Origin: a virus
Taxonomy: Duplodnaviria; Caudoviricetes
Virus record (IMG/VR): IMGVR_UViG_3300033565_000054
Span: 1-24,652 of that record
Reading direction: 5' to 3' (one strand)
DNA: 24,652 nt
Shown here in pieces: positions 16,497 to 24,652 of the stretch (positions are counted from its first letter, which is position 1; the number at the start of each line of letters is the position of its first letter). A program made the translations under genes and the position numbers. The notes under the pieces were generated by a model. The model ran no database searches. It worked only from the letters and a program-made list of their open reading frames with translations, and was not told where the DNA came from.

Positions 16497-17126
16497 TTAA
16501 GGCGTCGGCGTAATGACCGTTAAATTCTCCGGCGTTACGACCTGGGTGAACCAACTGGTGACATCCGCTTTCCCATCCCGGGCATCCACAACCAGTTGCT
16601 TCCCGGGTTTTTTACTGGCGTCCGGAAGTTCGAATCGAAACTTCGTGGTGATCCCAGTGAAGATCAGTTTGTGATTGTTGGTGTCCGTCGAGCTGTCTTG
16701 TGCTTTGGCACTTTCTTCATCCAGTCGGAAGGTGCCTTTGTGACGCCAGACGTAGCGATAGGTGCCATCGGTAAAGCGCAAACGATATCCGATCGCAAAG
16801 TATTTCGTTTGCGTTTCTCCGGTATCGAGTAATGCTCCCGTCACAGTGTCGACGACTTTCCCCAGTAATCGTGCAACAAGGGCAATCGGAAGGACGGGAA
16901 CCGTCAACGTCGCTTCATCAAAGCCTTCAGCCGTAACGATCAAAAACGGTTGATTGTCGTAATACTTCGGGTCCGAGGCGCGTTCCGTTTTGACTGAAAT
17001 CTCCCCAGCTGGCGCTAAGACCTCCGGCGTTCCAGCCGTATAGGCGGTCGCATCGTCTTTGGTGATTTCAGCGAAGTATAGATTGTCGAAACCTTGATAT
17101 TCTTCATATACATAGGGTTGAGACAT
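16497..17126 (-). CDS. Major tail (tube) protein, phi13-like family (209 aa)
   Basis: G.DNLYFA.IT.D, YYDN, YFAIGYR....GTYRY.W..KG.F and WF..V motifs, plus synteny. Confidence 0.88.
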   Translation of the reverse strand: MSQPYVYEEYQGFDNLYFAEITKDDATAYTAGTPEVLAPAGEISVKTERASDPKYYDNQPFLIVTAEGFDEATLTVPVLPIALVARLLGKVVDTVTGALLDTGETQTKYFAIGYRLRFTDGTYRYVWRHKGTFRLDEESAKAQDSSTDTNNHKLIFTGITTKFRFELPDASKKPGKQLVVDARDGKADVTSWFTQVVTPENLTVITPTP

Positions 17127-17129
17127 GGT

Positions 17130-17480
17130 TTAGAAATTCCTTTCTGTGGTGATGAAGTTCATACTCCATCCATAATGATCGCCTTCAAAACCTAGATCGC
17201 GTCCACGATTGTCCCGGATGAATCCTGCATCGCGACAGGCGAGAAAGATTTGTTGCGGTAGCGAATTCAAGAGACTCATCTTGGTCGAATAGAGAACAAG
17301 TTGTATGCGGATATAGGAAACAAGCGGTCCATCCTCATAGCTATTTCCGTCGGGACTGTCAACGATGAAGTATGTCAAGAATGACTCCGGTAGCGGTTCA
17401 TTCTCTGCAATCGAACCTTGCAGACGCACTTCCAGTCCCATTGGTGCTAGAGCCGCAATCAATCTTTCTCGGACATTCAT
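17130..17480 (-). CDS. Putative tail terminator/tail completion protein (116 aa)
   Basis: Size and position immediately before the major tail gene; PESFLTY and AGF motifs; ATGA overlap with the upstream gene. Confidence 0.68.
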   Translation of the reverse strand: MNVRERLIAALAPMGLEVRLQGSIAENEPLPESFLTYFIVDSPDGNSYEDGPLVSYIRIQLVLYSTKMSLLNSLPQQIFLACRDAGFIRDNRGRDLGFEGDHYGWSMNFITTERNF

Positions 17481-17884
17481 CGTTTCAAGTCATCCAGAAT
17501 TTGAGTAAGGATTGTTTGTTGTATTTTTCGTGCTTTGGGTTGGTTACGTTGGATGGCCGGTTGAATGAAGGGTTCGGGTTTCATGTGGGGTGTACCGTGT
17601 TCGATAAACAGTGCCGGTAGTCCCCCCTTCCCTAAATCAAAGCCCACGTTCAACGTGAGCCGATTTCCTTCCCTTTCAATTTGGGTCGGATCATTGAGCG
17701 AAGCTTCGGTTAGTCCGGTTCGACGATGTTTCTTGATGCCGACTTTGAGATCGCTCAAAAACGGTTTGGCGCTTTCGACGATGGCTTTCTCGGCTGCCGC
17801 ATCAATGTTGCCTCCGGCTTTTTGAATGCGCTCCAGGAGTTCCTTGACGCCGCTCAAGTCGAGTTTCATTACATTCTTAGCCAT
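17477..17884 (-). CDS. HK97 gp10-like tail morphogenesis protein (135 aa)
   Basis: RTG.T..SL, FIEHGTPHMKPEPFIQPA motif. Start reassigned to ATG 17884 (TAATG overlap, GGAGG RBS). Confidence 0.82.
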   Translation of the reverse strand: MAKNVMKLDLSGVKELLERIQKAGGNIDAAAEKAIVESAKPFLSDLKVGIKKHRRTGLTEASLNDPTQIEREGNRLTLNVGFDLGKGGLPALFIEHGTPHMKPEPFIQPAIQRNQPKARKIQQTILTQILDDLKR

Positions 17885-18234
17885 TAGGCACCTCCGGAAA
17901 TCTTGCGAACTTTCAAGATGAGATATTGATTTCGCATATCGATGTTCTCCGGTTCGCCAATCACTTCCCAGATACTTTGATCTTGAAGTAAGAGAATTCG
18001 GTCCGCCGCTTGGATGTCTTGACGATACCAAGTTACCAGTGTTGCGGTATTGAGAATGACGAGACTTCCATTGACGATGGACTCGGTCCCACCATAGGTT
18101 TTAAAGCTGCAGCTGAGGATTGGATCCGTCGCATCTTCATAGGTGAACTCCAAGGCACCACTGACTTTTGTCGTGATGCGCTTTTGAAGTTTCACCGCAG
18201 TGGTAAACGATCCGACGCCAGCGGGCTTAAACAC
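17884..18234 (-). CDS. Head-tail adaptor/head closure protein (SPP1 gp16-like, about 116 aa)
   Basis: TWYRQDIQAADRI...WEVIG.PENIDMRNQYL pattern, plus synteny. GTG at 18234 preferred over TTG at 18240. Confidence 0.8.
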   Translation of the reverse strand: MFKPAGVGSFTTAVKLQKRITTKVSGALEFTYEDATDPILSCSFKTYGGTESIVNGSLVILNTATLVTWYRQDIQAADRILLLQDQSIWEVIGEPENIDMRNQYLILKVRKISGGA

Positions 18235-18511
18235 TAGCAACCACCGGATCTGGAAGAGTGTTAAGTTGGATCAGTCGTTGCATGAAGTAAGGACTAAATC
18301 GAACCGTGCCACTCTCCAGGTTCCAAAGATCCGCGACCCCACGCAGAATCACCCCGACGGAAGCATCACTCTCAAGAATGTCGGATCGGACACCGGCGCT
18401 TGCCATATAGGCTTTGACATCCTTCAGATGACGAAGGATCGTTCCATCTTGAGTTGGTCCGGTTATACCCAATCCTTTTTTCACTTCAATGAGTAGTTCA
18501 GCTTCCGTCAT
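18227..18511 (-). CDS. Head-tail connector protein (gp6/gp15-like, 94 aa)
   Basis: Directly after the capsid gene; LL.EVKKGLGI...D..I and VADLW...IQL pattern; AAGGAG RBS. Confidence 0.8.
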   Translation of the reverse strand: MTEAELLIEVKKGLGITGPTQDGTILRHLKDVKAYMASAGVRSDILESDASVGVILRGVADLWNLESGTVRFSPYFMQRLIQLNTLPDPVVASV

Positions 18512-18540
18512 GGATTCTCCTTTCTGAGGCGCTGCCTAAA

Positions 18541-19779
18541 CTAAGCGGCTTTCTTCTTGATGATCAGGAAGCCATTGGAAGCCACAACGTTACCGCCCAC
18601 AAAGACGCTTCCTTTGATCGCCAACATGCCCTTCTTAAACGCCGCATCTTCCGAGACTTTGATCTCGTAAGGACTAAACAAGGCGAGTTCGTAGGCTCCG
18701 GGATTGCCATAAATCATGCACGGGGTCGTGGCGATGGTCGCCGCATCACTGAGGGCTTTGAGGGCACTGTTGATGACGTAGCGTACCGAGAGACCGCCAT
18801 CTTTAAGGATCCCGGCATTGGGATTGGAGGCATCCGGGGTGATTTCGTATACGGATTTCTTATCCGCTCCACGTACATCCCCAAAGGCAATCAAATCGTT
18901 CTTGTTGACCAAGAGGACCGCATTCCCGAGGATGTTTTCATCTCCACCATACGACATCGCAATCTTGCGCAAGGTTTTTTCATCAATCGCACTGAATTCC
19001 AAGGCCGCATCGGTGATCGCCGGGGCATTGAGGATCCCGGTGAACTCCGCCGGCGTCGCAGCCGGATTCCCCAAAGGAATCAACCGCGCCACTTTCTTGC
19101 GCAAGGCAATCAGCGCCGCTTGGCGAATCTTGGTCAGGTATTGCACCGGGGTCAACTTGGAAACTTCCTCGGTGACTTCAGTGTAAATCGTGATTTTGAT
19201 CGGTTTGATCGATGCATAGTCGAAAGTCGGTTCTCCTTCAGAGTAGTCTTGACCTTCCCCGGTAATCCCACCTTCACTGTATCCAGTGACGTAGGGAACT
19301 TCATATTCGGTCATCCCTTCCGCCGACACCACATTGACTAACTCAACGACCGAAGAGACTTCATTGAACTTCTCGTTGATGGTGTTTTGGACTGGCTTTG
19401 GAGAGATCAAATTTCCGGAGCCAATGGTGACGGCGCGAACTTCCTCAACGCTGAATTCGACTTTATTGGAAGCTTTGAAGGCTTCCGCGCGTTGTTCAAA
19501 CTCACTGGGCTCTTCCGTACGACTTTCGTCGGGTTTCTCGGATTTGGTTTTCATGCCATACGTCGCCAAGATCGTTTTCTTTTGGGTACTGCGTTGCTCT
19601 TCGTCGTCCAGATCCTTGACCAAGGAACGCAGGTTTTCCAACTCATTGGCAAGTTCTTCCATTTCGGTATTCAAGGCACGGAGTTCTTCCACCTTTTCGG
19701 AGGCTTCGGAGCGTTTCAACAACGCATCCATTTTGGTTTGTTTCTCTTGAATCAACTTCAGGAGTTTTTCTTTATTCAT
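18541..19779 (-). CDS. Major capsid protein, HK97 fold, with N-terminal coiled-coil delta domain (412 aa)
   Basis: Charged coiled-coil N-terminus of about 115 aa, then TGEG..Y.E..PTF, V.EE, EFTGIL; follows the prohead protease. Confidence 0.92.
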   Translation of the reverse strand: MNKEKLLKLIQEKQTKMDALLKRSEASEKVEELRALNTEMEELANELENLRSLVKDLDDEEQRSTQKKTILATYGMKTKSEKPDESRTEEPSEFEQRAEAFKASNKVEFSVEEVRAVTIGSGNLISPKPVQNTINEKFNEVSSVVELVNVVSAEGMTEYEVPYVTGYSEGGITGEGQDYSEGEPTFDYASIKPIKITIYTEVTEEVSKLTPVQYLTKIRQAALIALRKKVARLIPLGNPAATPAEFTGILNAPAITDAALEFSAIDEKTLRKIAMSYGGDENILGNAVLLVNKNDLIAFGDVRGADKKSVYEITPDASNPNAGILKDGGLSVRYVINSALKALSDAATIATTPCMIYGNPGAYELALFSPYEIKVSEDAAFKKGMLAIKGSVFVGGNVVASNGFLIIKKKAA

Positions 19780-20420
19780 TCTTCCTTGGTTCCTCGAACT
19801 TTCATTTGCAGCATGCGATTCTTCAATTTCCAGACTTCTGAGCTCGTTTTCGCTTTCTCCAAAGCAGCACGTGCATTCTCCAATGCCTGAACATCGCTGT
19901 CCAGCGAGCGTTCATCGCGGGCATGAATCTCCGTCGCATCATACGCCGGAAAGTTCACAGCCGAGACCTCTCGGACACGAGCGACTTTCTTGATGCGTCG
20001 TGTCGGGATGGATTTATCCAAATCCTCCCAAGCATCTTCTTTGATCGTAAACAGAAAGGACATCCCGGTGATGTCTCCGCGCTTGACGGCTGAATACAAT
20101 GCCCGAGCATCCGCATTGTTCACAACATCGAGTTGTGGTTCAACATGCAATCCTTGCTCATCCACTTTCAAGGTCATGGTGCTGTTTCCGTTATTACGGC
20201 GACTACGAGCTAAGGGGATTTTGCTCATGTCATGATTCACAAAGAACAAGACATCCGTGAGATCGGATTCATCAAACGCCCCGCGTTCAATCACTTCATG
20301 GAAGAGATTTCCAATCTTTGTTCGATTCTCATAAACGGCTGCGAGTCCGCTGAGCATGTTGCCTTCCAGGGTGAAATCAGAGGTATACGCGCGATAGATC
20401 AGTTCATTCTTGGGATTCAT
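19776..20420 (-). CDS. HK97-family prohead protease (214 aa)
   Basis: EVIERGAFD, VNHD (His), GDITGMSF (Ser), EVSAVNFPAYDAT. Start reassigned to ATG 20420 after a GGAGG RBS. Confidence 0.92.
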   Translation of the reverse strand: MNPKNELIYRAYTSDFTLEGNMLSGLAAVYENRTKIGNLFHEVIERGAFDESDLTDVLFFVNHDMSKIPLARSRRNNGNSTMTLKVDEQGLHVEPQLDVVNNADARALYSAVKRGDITGMSFLFTIKEDAWEDLDKSIPTRRIKKVARVREVSAVNFPAYDATEIHARDERSLDSDVQALENARAALEKAKTSSEVWKLKNRMLQMKVRGTKEE

Positions 20421-21660
20421 TCGGGAGTTCCTCCGGTTTCGTGGATGCATTCTTGAGTTGGTATTGATGGGCGATGTTGACATCGACATAGTTGAGTGAC
20501 ATCAATCGTACATTCCCTTCTTCGTAAGGTGGGTAACCAAACAAAGCGAGCAGGTCGTTGTTGGTAAGGGCACCGCGGTTCCCCAAGAGATCTCCGACCG
20601 CCACGCGTTTATCCAGTGCCATATAAAGCAAGTTATTGGCATAGAAGACGATCTTGTTACCAAACTGCAGTTCTCGTTGGGTGAACAGACTCTTCGTAAA
20701 GACTTGGTTCAGTGAATTAATCAGGGGTTCAAGTGTTTTCTCATAGAAACTTTGATATTGCTCGGGGGTAAAATCCCCGGAGAGGATCGGGATGGAAACG
20801 CCATAATGACGTAGGATCTTCGAATCGATGAAGGCCAGTGTTTGCGGATCAACGAGTTTGGGATCAGGCTTGATTTGGATGTATTCGGATTTCAGGTCCG
20901 CACCAATGATCCCGTTTTTATTTTCAGCTAACATCTTTTCGAATCGCAGAATCTCTGCCTTCATGTTGTCTTCATCCAGGATCGTGTTGTACTTCATGAC
21001 CCCGTAAATCTGCATCGAGGAATTCACCGATTTCTCAATGGATTGCAGTAACTTGTGGTTGATGTCGACGGTTTGAAGAAGCGCTTGGTTATCTGGTTGG
21101 CCATTGGCGTTGCCACCCATGAAGGGATTGACCGAATACCGATACCGCCAATGGATGAGGTCGGAATATTTGACCACCAATTTCTCATTGGAGTTGAAAC
21201 GGAAATCAACATACAGCTCGTTCTTGCCATCGACGATGAAGGTGACTTCGGTCGGTTCCAGAGGATAGAGGGCTCGGTACTTTCGTGACTTCCCCTCTCC
21301 GGTGATCAATTCGTCATAGACCGGAAGGATGAACACGTTGTAATTGAGGAAGAGTTGCCAAGTGATTTTCTCAAGGAAATCCTTGGTGGTGCTCCACTCG
21401 TTGGGTCCATATTCGAGAAGATCAGAAATCGAATCGAAGACCGGGACTTGCAGGTTGTTCTTATCGAAACGAATGTGTTTCGGGGTGAGTTTACTAATTT
21501 CCTGTGCGATGCAAGCAATGGCTTGTTGGACCACATCACTCGCAAAGACATTCTGACCAAACTGCCCATAGATTGGAACATTTCCATTGATCATGGCCAA
21601 TTGACTATTCCCATTCGGGGGTTTATTGAAGCGTTGTACGAGGTTATCAAACCATCCCAT
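20404..21660 (-). CDS. Phage portal protein, HK97 family (about 418 aa)
   Basis: Follows TerL; IA.EISKL, PNEW.T..DF, DLIH.R, YGVS..IL, G.LT.N motifs. ATG 21660 lies after a GAGGTGA RBS. Confidence 0.92.
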   Translation of the reverse strand: MGWFDNLVQRFNKPPNGNSQLAMINGNVPIYGQFGQNVFASDVVQQAIACIAQEISKLTPKHIRFDKNNLQVPVFDSISDLLEYGPNEWSTTKDFLEKITWQLFLNYNVFILPVYDELITGEGKSRKYRALYPLEPTEVTFIVDGKNELYVDFRFNSNEKLVVKYSDLIHWRYRYSVNPFMGGNANGQPDNQALLQTVDINHKLLQSIEKSVNSSMQIYGVMKYNTILDEDNMKAEILRFEKMLAENKNGIIGADLKSEYIQIKPDPKLVDPQTLAFIDSKILRHYGVSIPILSGDFTPEQYQSFYEKTLEPLINSLNQVFTKSLFTQRELQFGNKIVFYANNLLYMALDKRVAVGDLLGNRGALTNNDLLALFGYPPYEEGNVRLMSLNYVDVNIAHQYQLKNASTKPEELPNESQE

Positions 21661-21670
21661 CTCTTTCACC

Positions 21671-23314
21671 TCATCTCAGACTTTCCAGGTATTCGGTACG
21701 ATAGCGTTGCCACATCGCATAGAGAATGATCTTCGTGACGGCACCATCGATACGTCGGTTGCGGATGTCATTCACTTTGACTGGCATAACCAACCCCAAG
21801 TTATCGATCTTGATGGCGGTATTCCCTAAGCACCATCGGTCAATCGGGTTGTTGTTGTAATTAACCAACTTGGATTTCAAGTCGGCTTCGAGTAACTTCA
21901 TCGGATTCGATAGCGTGAAGCGGTTTTGATCCACGCGCTCGGTATCCAGCCCAAAGTTATCCATCGACGTCAGCCACGTCTTCGCAAAGCGATTGTCATA
22001 GCCGGTCTTGTAGGTTCGGATCTTATAGTTCTTGTAGAGATCCACAAACCATTTCGCGACCCGTGACAAATCCACTTCATTTCCTTCGGTGATTTCAACC
22101 AATCCCTGACGAGCCCAGTCCAGATAGTCTTTCTTGTCTTCGATCGTCCCTTTGAGCACTTTACTCTCCGGGATGAAGTATCGGGTGTGGATGTATTTCG
22201 TAGGGTCACCTTTTTTCATAAGGAGTATTTTGGCGCAGGTCAGGTCCGTCGTTTCCGCTAAGTCGACTGCTCCAAGGGCGATGCATCCAATGAAGTCTTC
22301 CAGCTGGAACGTGTTGGTGTTGACGTAATCTTGTTCCATCAACCAAGCTTCCGCGTTGTTTTGCTTGATATTGAAGTCTTTGGCTAGGATATACATCCGA
22401 TCCCCTTTGTCCATCTTGGCCTTGTTGATCTGATCGCGGAGGTAATCCACTTTCTTAATCAAACCCAAGGAGGGATTGGACTTCACCCAGGATCGTTCAT
22501 CCTGCCAAATTTCCGCTTCGCTGTCTTGGGTGTAAAGCCAAGCTAACAAGGTATCATCTTCGTGCTCTCCAGCCATGACGCGTCGGGCATATTGCAGTTC
22601 TTTATCGAGATAGCCATCATTGATGAATCCCTCGGTTGTGATGTTGATAAACAGCGGTTCGTCTTTGGTCGATTGGGATTGTTCGATCGGTTTGGCAATC
22701 GAGTTATCCTTCATTTCATGACTTTCATCCAGAATCCCAAACTCGATATTGTAGCCTTCTTTGTTGTGGGTTTTCTCGGACAGTTTGAAGACCTTGCTTT
22801 TGTTCTTCTTGTTGAGGATCCAGCGCAGGTTCTTATGCGTTCGCTTGTTGTACGGGTCAAACATTTCCCGCATAGCTCCGATTTCCAAGAAGATGATCGA
22901 GGCTTGGGCGTCGTCATTGGAAGAGCAGACAATGTCCGATCCACCACTTCCCATCATGAGTTCTGTGAATGCCAAAGCCGCAGTCAGGGTGGATTTCCCG
23001 TTCTTGCGGCTGATAAGTAAGATGACACGTTTGAATCGGCGTTTGTTAGTCGCGGCGCGGATGAAGGAATAGATGACTTCGATGAACGCTTTTTCCCAGA
23101 GTTCAAGTTTGAAAGGCTTACCATGAAACGGGGATTTGGTATGTTTACAGAAGCGTTCAATGAACTGAATGCGCTTCTGCGCTCGTTTCGGTTCATAGCG
23201 ATAACGCGGATCCTGGGTTTCCTTCAGGAGTTGCTTCAGCGTCGTTTCAAGCTCTTGTCCAACGAGGATTTCACCCGCTTCAATCGCTTGAATGTATTCC
23301 TCAAGAAAGGTCAT
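21671..23314 (-). CDS. terL: Terminase large subunit (547 aa)
   Basis: LELWEK adenine-binding region, Walker A SRKNGKS, Walker B ILDESH, ITT coupling motif, nuclease GAVDLA, YDN and RIDGAV. Confidence 0.95.
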   Translation of the reverse strand: MTFLEEYIQAIEAGEILVGQELETTLKQLLKETQDPRYRYEPKRAQKRIQFIERFCKHTKSPFHGKPFKLELWEKAFIEVIYSFIRAATNKRRFKRVILLISRKNGKSTLTAALAFTELMMGSGGSDIVCSSNDDAQASIIFLEIGAMREMFDPYNKRTHKNLRWILNKKNKSKVFKLSEKTHNKEGYNIEFGILDESHEMKDNSIAKPIEQSQSTKDEPLFINITTEGFINDGYLDKELQYARRVMAGEHEDDTLLAWLYTQDSEAEIWQDERSWVKSNPSLGLIKKVDYLRDQINKAKMDKGDRMYILAKDFNIKQNNAEAWLMEQDYVNTNTFQLEDFIGCIALGAVDLAETTDLTCAKILLMKKGDPTKYIHTRYFIPESKVLKGTIEDKKDYLDWARQGLVEITEGNEVDLSRVAKWFVDLYKNYKIRTYKTGYDNRFAKTWLTSMDNFGLDTERVDQNRFTLSNPMKLLEADLKSKLVNYNNNPIDRWCLGNTAIKIDNLGLVMPVKVNDIRNRRIDGAVTKIILYAMWQRYRTEYLESLR

Positions 23315-23655
23315 TCGTCATCGTCATCATCAAGAAAGCTATCAAATGCATCTTCTTCTTCAATCGAATTCTTGGTCAGTACCGCTCCAAGGGTCTTGAT
23401 AACTACCGAATAAGCTTGAAGGTTACGCAGATATTGCTTCCCGGCTTCGGTGGGTTTCTGCAGGCTGCTATTGGTCGGATGGGTTTTAATCATTCCGGTC
23501 TGTTGAATTAAGGACCGTAAGTGGTCGTTTTGATCGGACAGAAAGGCTGCTTCATGAATGAGCTTTTCCACCAGTTTTTGTTTGTCCGGATCCACTCGTT
23601 TGAAGACATCTTTCAGTTTCTCGAGCTCCGATTGTGGGGTTGATTTTTCACTCAT
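23311..23655 (-). CDS. Putative terminase small subunit (114 aa)
   Basis: ATGA overlap with terL; helical; QKPTEA.KQY...Y..VIKTL pattern typical of the gene directly before terL in cos-type phages; AAGGTGA RBS. Confidence 0.72.
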   Translation of the reverse strand: MSEKSTPQSELEKLKDVFKRVDPDKQKLVEKLIHEAAFLSDQNDHLRSLIQQTGMIKTHPTNSSLQKPTEAGKQYLRNLQAYSVVIKTLGAVLTKNSIEEEDAFDSFLDDDDDE

Positions 23656-23788
23656 TTTTCACCTTCTTTCCGGGGATTCTGGGACTTCTTTTGGTTTCAC
23701 GACTTTTTCCAAAACGTGGGATGAAATCTCAAAATTTTGGGTTGCGTGCATCCGTTGTCCCTTGTCCAGTTCCCAGACGTGGATCCTA

Positions 23789-23820
23789 CATTTCGGCCGG
23801 GGGGGAGTCCGGCCGAAATG
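23789..23820. repeat. 12-bp perfect inverted repeat in the predicted cos/packaging region
   Basis: CATTTCGGCCGG-GGGGGAGT-CCGGCCGAAATG, located between the HNH gene and terS. Confidence 0.7.
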
Positions 23821-23905
23821 CTTTGAAACAATCCTTGAAATATTTATCCACTTCCCGTTTAAACTGGGTTTTATCCTTATCTTCAATATAAAAACCAAAA
23901 AATTC

Positions 23906-24505
23906 TTACCTATCACTTTCTTTACTAATTAGCTCAGCACCGAGTGCGGTTGCGATGCGTTGACGTTCAGACTGCAGTGGATAACCACCTATGATCCAGG
24001 CATTCTGCCACTTACCCATACGTATTTTCATTTGATCCAAGAGTTCATCACGGATTCGAAACACATTCATCCTGAGTTCTGAAGGTTTGTCATAGGCAGG
24101 CAACAGTGTGATGGCTTGATACAGTTCGTCGAGATCCAGGACCAAATCTTTACGTCCCTTATTGTTACGGACAAAGCTGGTCTTGCCGGACAACGGTGGT
24201 CCATAGACGATATAGACCCGTTGTAGTGTTGTTTGCCCAAAGCGTTCGTGGATCGCGTCATGACATCGGTGATGAACCAGTAAGATGTTCTTCGGGTTCA
24301 GACTCACCTGCACATCATTGACATTCTGAGGTGTGAGTTCTTGGATATGGTGTCCGATACATTCGATGTCCCGCAGGATCGATTGTTGACAGATCTCACA
24401 GACTAGCCCTTTGCTTGGAATACTTCGTTCCAGCATGAGCTGCTTTCGAAGTTTGATCCACTCCGGACTCTTATAGAAATCGGACAGAACTTGAAACTTT
24501 GCCAT
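23906..24505 (-). CDS. HNH endonuclease fused to a P-loop domain (199 aa; possibly truncated by a premature stop)
   Basis: FYKS.EW..LR, CEIC, GHH, N..LVHHRCHDAIH, then VYGPPLSGKTS. ATG 24505 overlaps the upstream TAA. The frame stays open for 39 more codons after the TAA. Confidence 0.82.
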   Translation of the reverse strand: MAKFQVLSDFYKSPEWIKLRKQLMLERSIPSKGLVCEICQQSILRDIECIGHHIQELTPQNVNDVQVSLNPKNILLVHHRCHDAIHERFGQTTLQRVYIVYGPPLSGKTSFVRNNKGRKDLVLDLDELYQAITLLPAYDKPSELRMNVFRIRDELLDQMKIRMGKWQNAWIIGGYPLQSERQRIATALGAELISKESDR

Positions 24506-24651
24506 TACCAATCCCCTTGTTTCGCCAGGCGTTCTCTGAGTTCCAGCTCTTGTTTCTTGAGTTGCAACATTTGAGGATTGTCGGAATAATGTTCCGGCTC
24601 TTTGTTCTTCAGAAGTCCGAACAAGGCTCCGGTTTCAGGTGGTTGATGTTT
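24505..24651 (-). CDS. C-terminal fragment of a phage protein (5' end outside the window)
   Basis: Open frame KHQPPETGALFGLLKNKEPEHYSDNPQMLQLKKQELELRERLAKQGDW*, whose TAA overlaps the HNH ATG and which contains the HNH RBS (AGGGGA). Confidence 0.7.
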   Translation of the reverse strand, partial: KHQPPETGALFGLLKNKEPEHYSDNPQMLQLKKQELELRERLAKQGDW

Positions 24652-24652
24652 T

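Larger units (their letters stand above)
121..24652 (-). mobile_element. Siphovirus-type prophage (late/structural half plus defence cargo), probably integrated at the tRNA-Ser 3' end; continues beyond the window
   Basis: Canonical colinear packaging-head-tail-lysis module at 8064-24652 running toward a tRNA 3' end. Integrase and the second att copy are not in the window, so the left boundary is inferred. Confidence 0.85.

Noticed and set aside
17885-20489. Long N-terminal extensions in the ORF track for the gp10-like protein (18031) and protease (20489); likewise endolysin (9173) and HsdR (5394)
   Set aside because: Internal ATGs have clear RBSs or stop-start coupling, and for the three phage genes they avoid long overlaps with upstream genes, so the shorter starts were used.
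23659-23916. 85-aa minus-strand ORF between HNH and terS
   Set aside because: No convincing RBS or motif. It overlaps the in-frame HNH extension and the probable cos region.
981-23932. Numerous plus-strand ORFs of 60-173 aa (e.g. 11388-11909, 19387-19890, 22562-23020) and short nested minus-strand ORFs
   Set aside because: They lie antisense to, or out of frame within, well-supported minus-strand genes, have no recognisable motifs and look like shadow ORFs.
8064-24652. Apparent abundance of GATC/GGATCC in the phage genes
   Set aside because: Not quantified, and plausibly explained by ATC/GAT codon preference. A Markov-corrected k-mer count would be needed.

Overview
The window holds an intact host-type tRNA-Ser(GGA) gene followed by the late half of an HK97-fold, siphovirus-type (long non-contractile tail) prophage of a Firmicutes-like host, all on the minus strand. 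Reading right to left, the prophage genes are: HNH/P-loop protein, putative cos region, TerS, TerL, portal, prohead protease, major capsid, head-tail joining genes, major tail protein, tail chaperones with a -1 frameshift signal, tape measure, Dit, a Tal-like/fibre fusion, two further tail-tip proteins and a lysis cassette. Between the lysis genes and the tRNA lies a visibly AT-richer cargo block of about 7.6 kb, set off by its own terminator and promoter. It encodes a PHP-domain/ABC(Rad50-like)-ATPase fusion, an overlapping 100-aa partner and a complete Type I R-M system (hsdR-hsdM-hsdS). The two HsdS target-recognition domains are about 63% identical to each other, which predicts a symmetric recognition site. 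This five-gene defence cassette is the best candidate for an undescribed system. No integrase or second att copy is in the window. Family assignments come from motifs and synteny read by eye, not from database searches.
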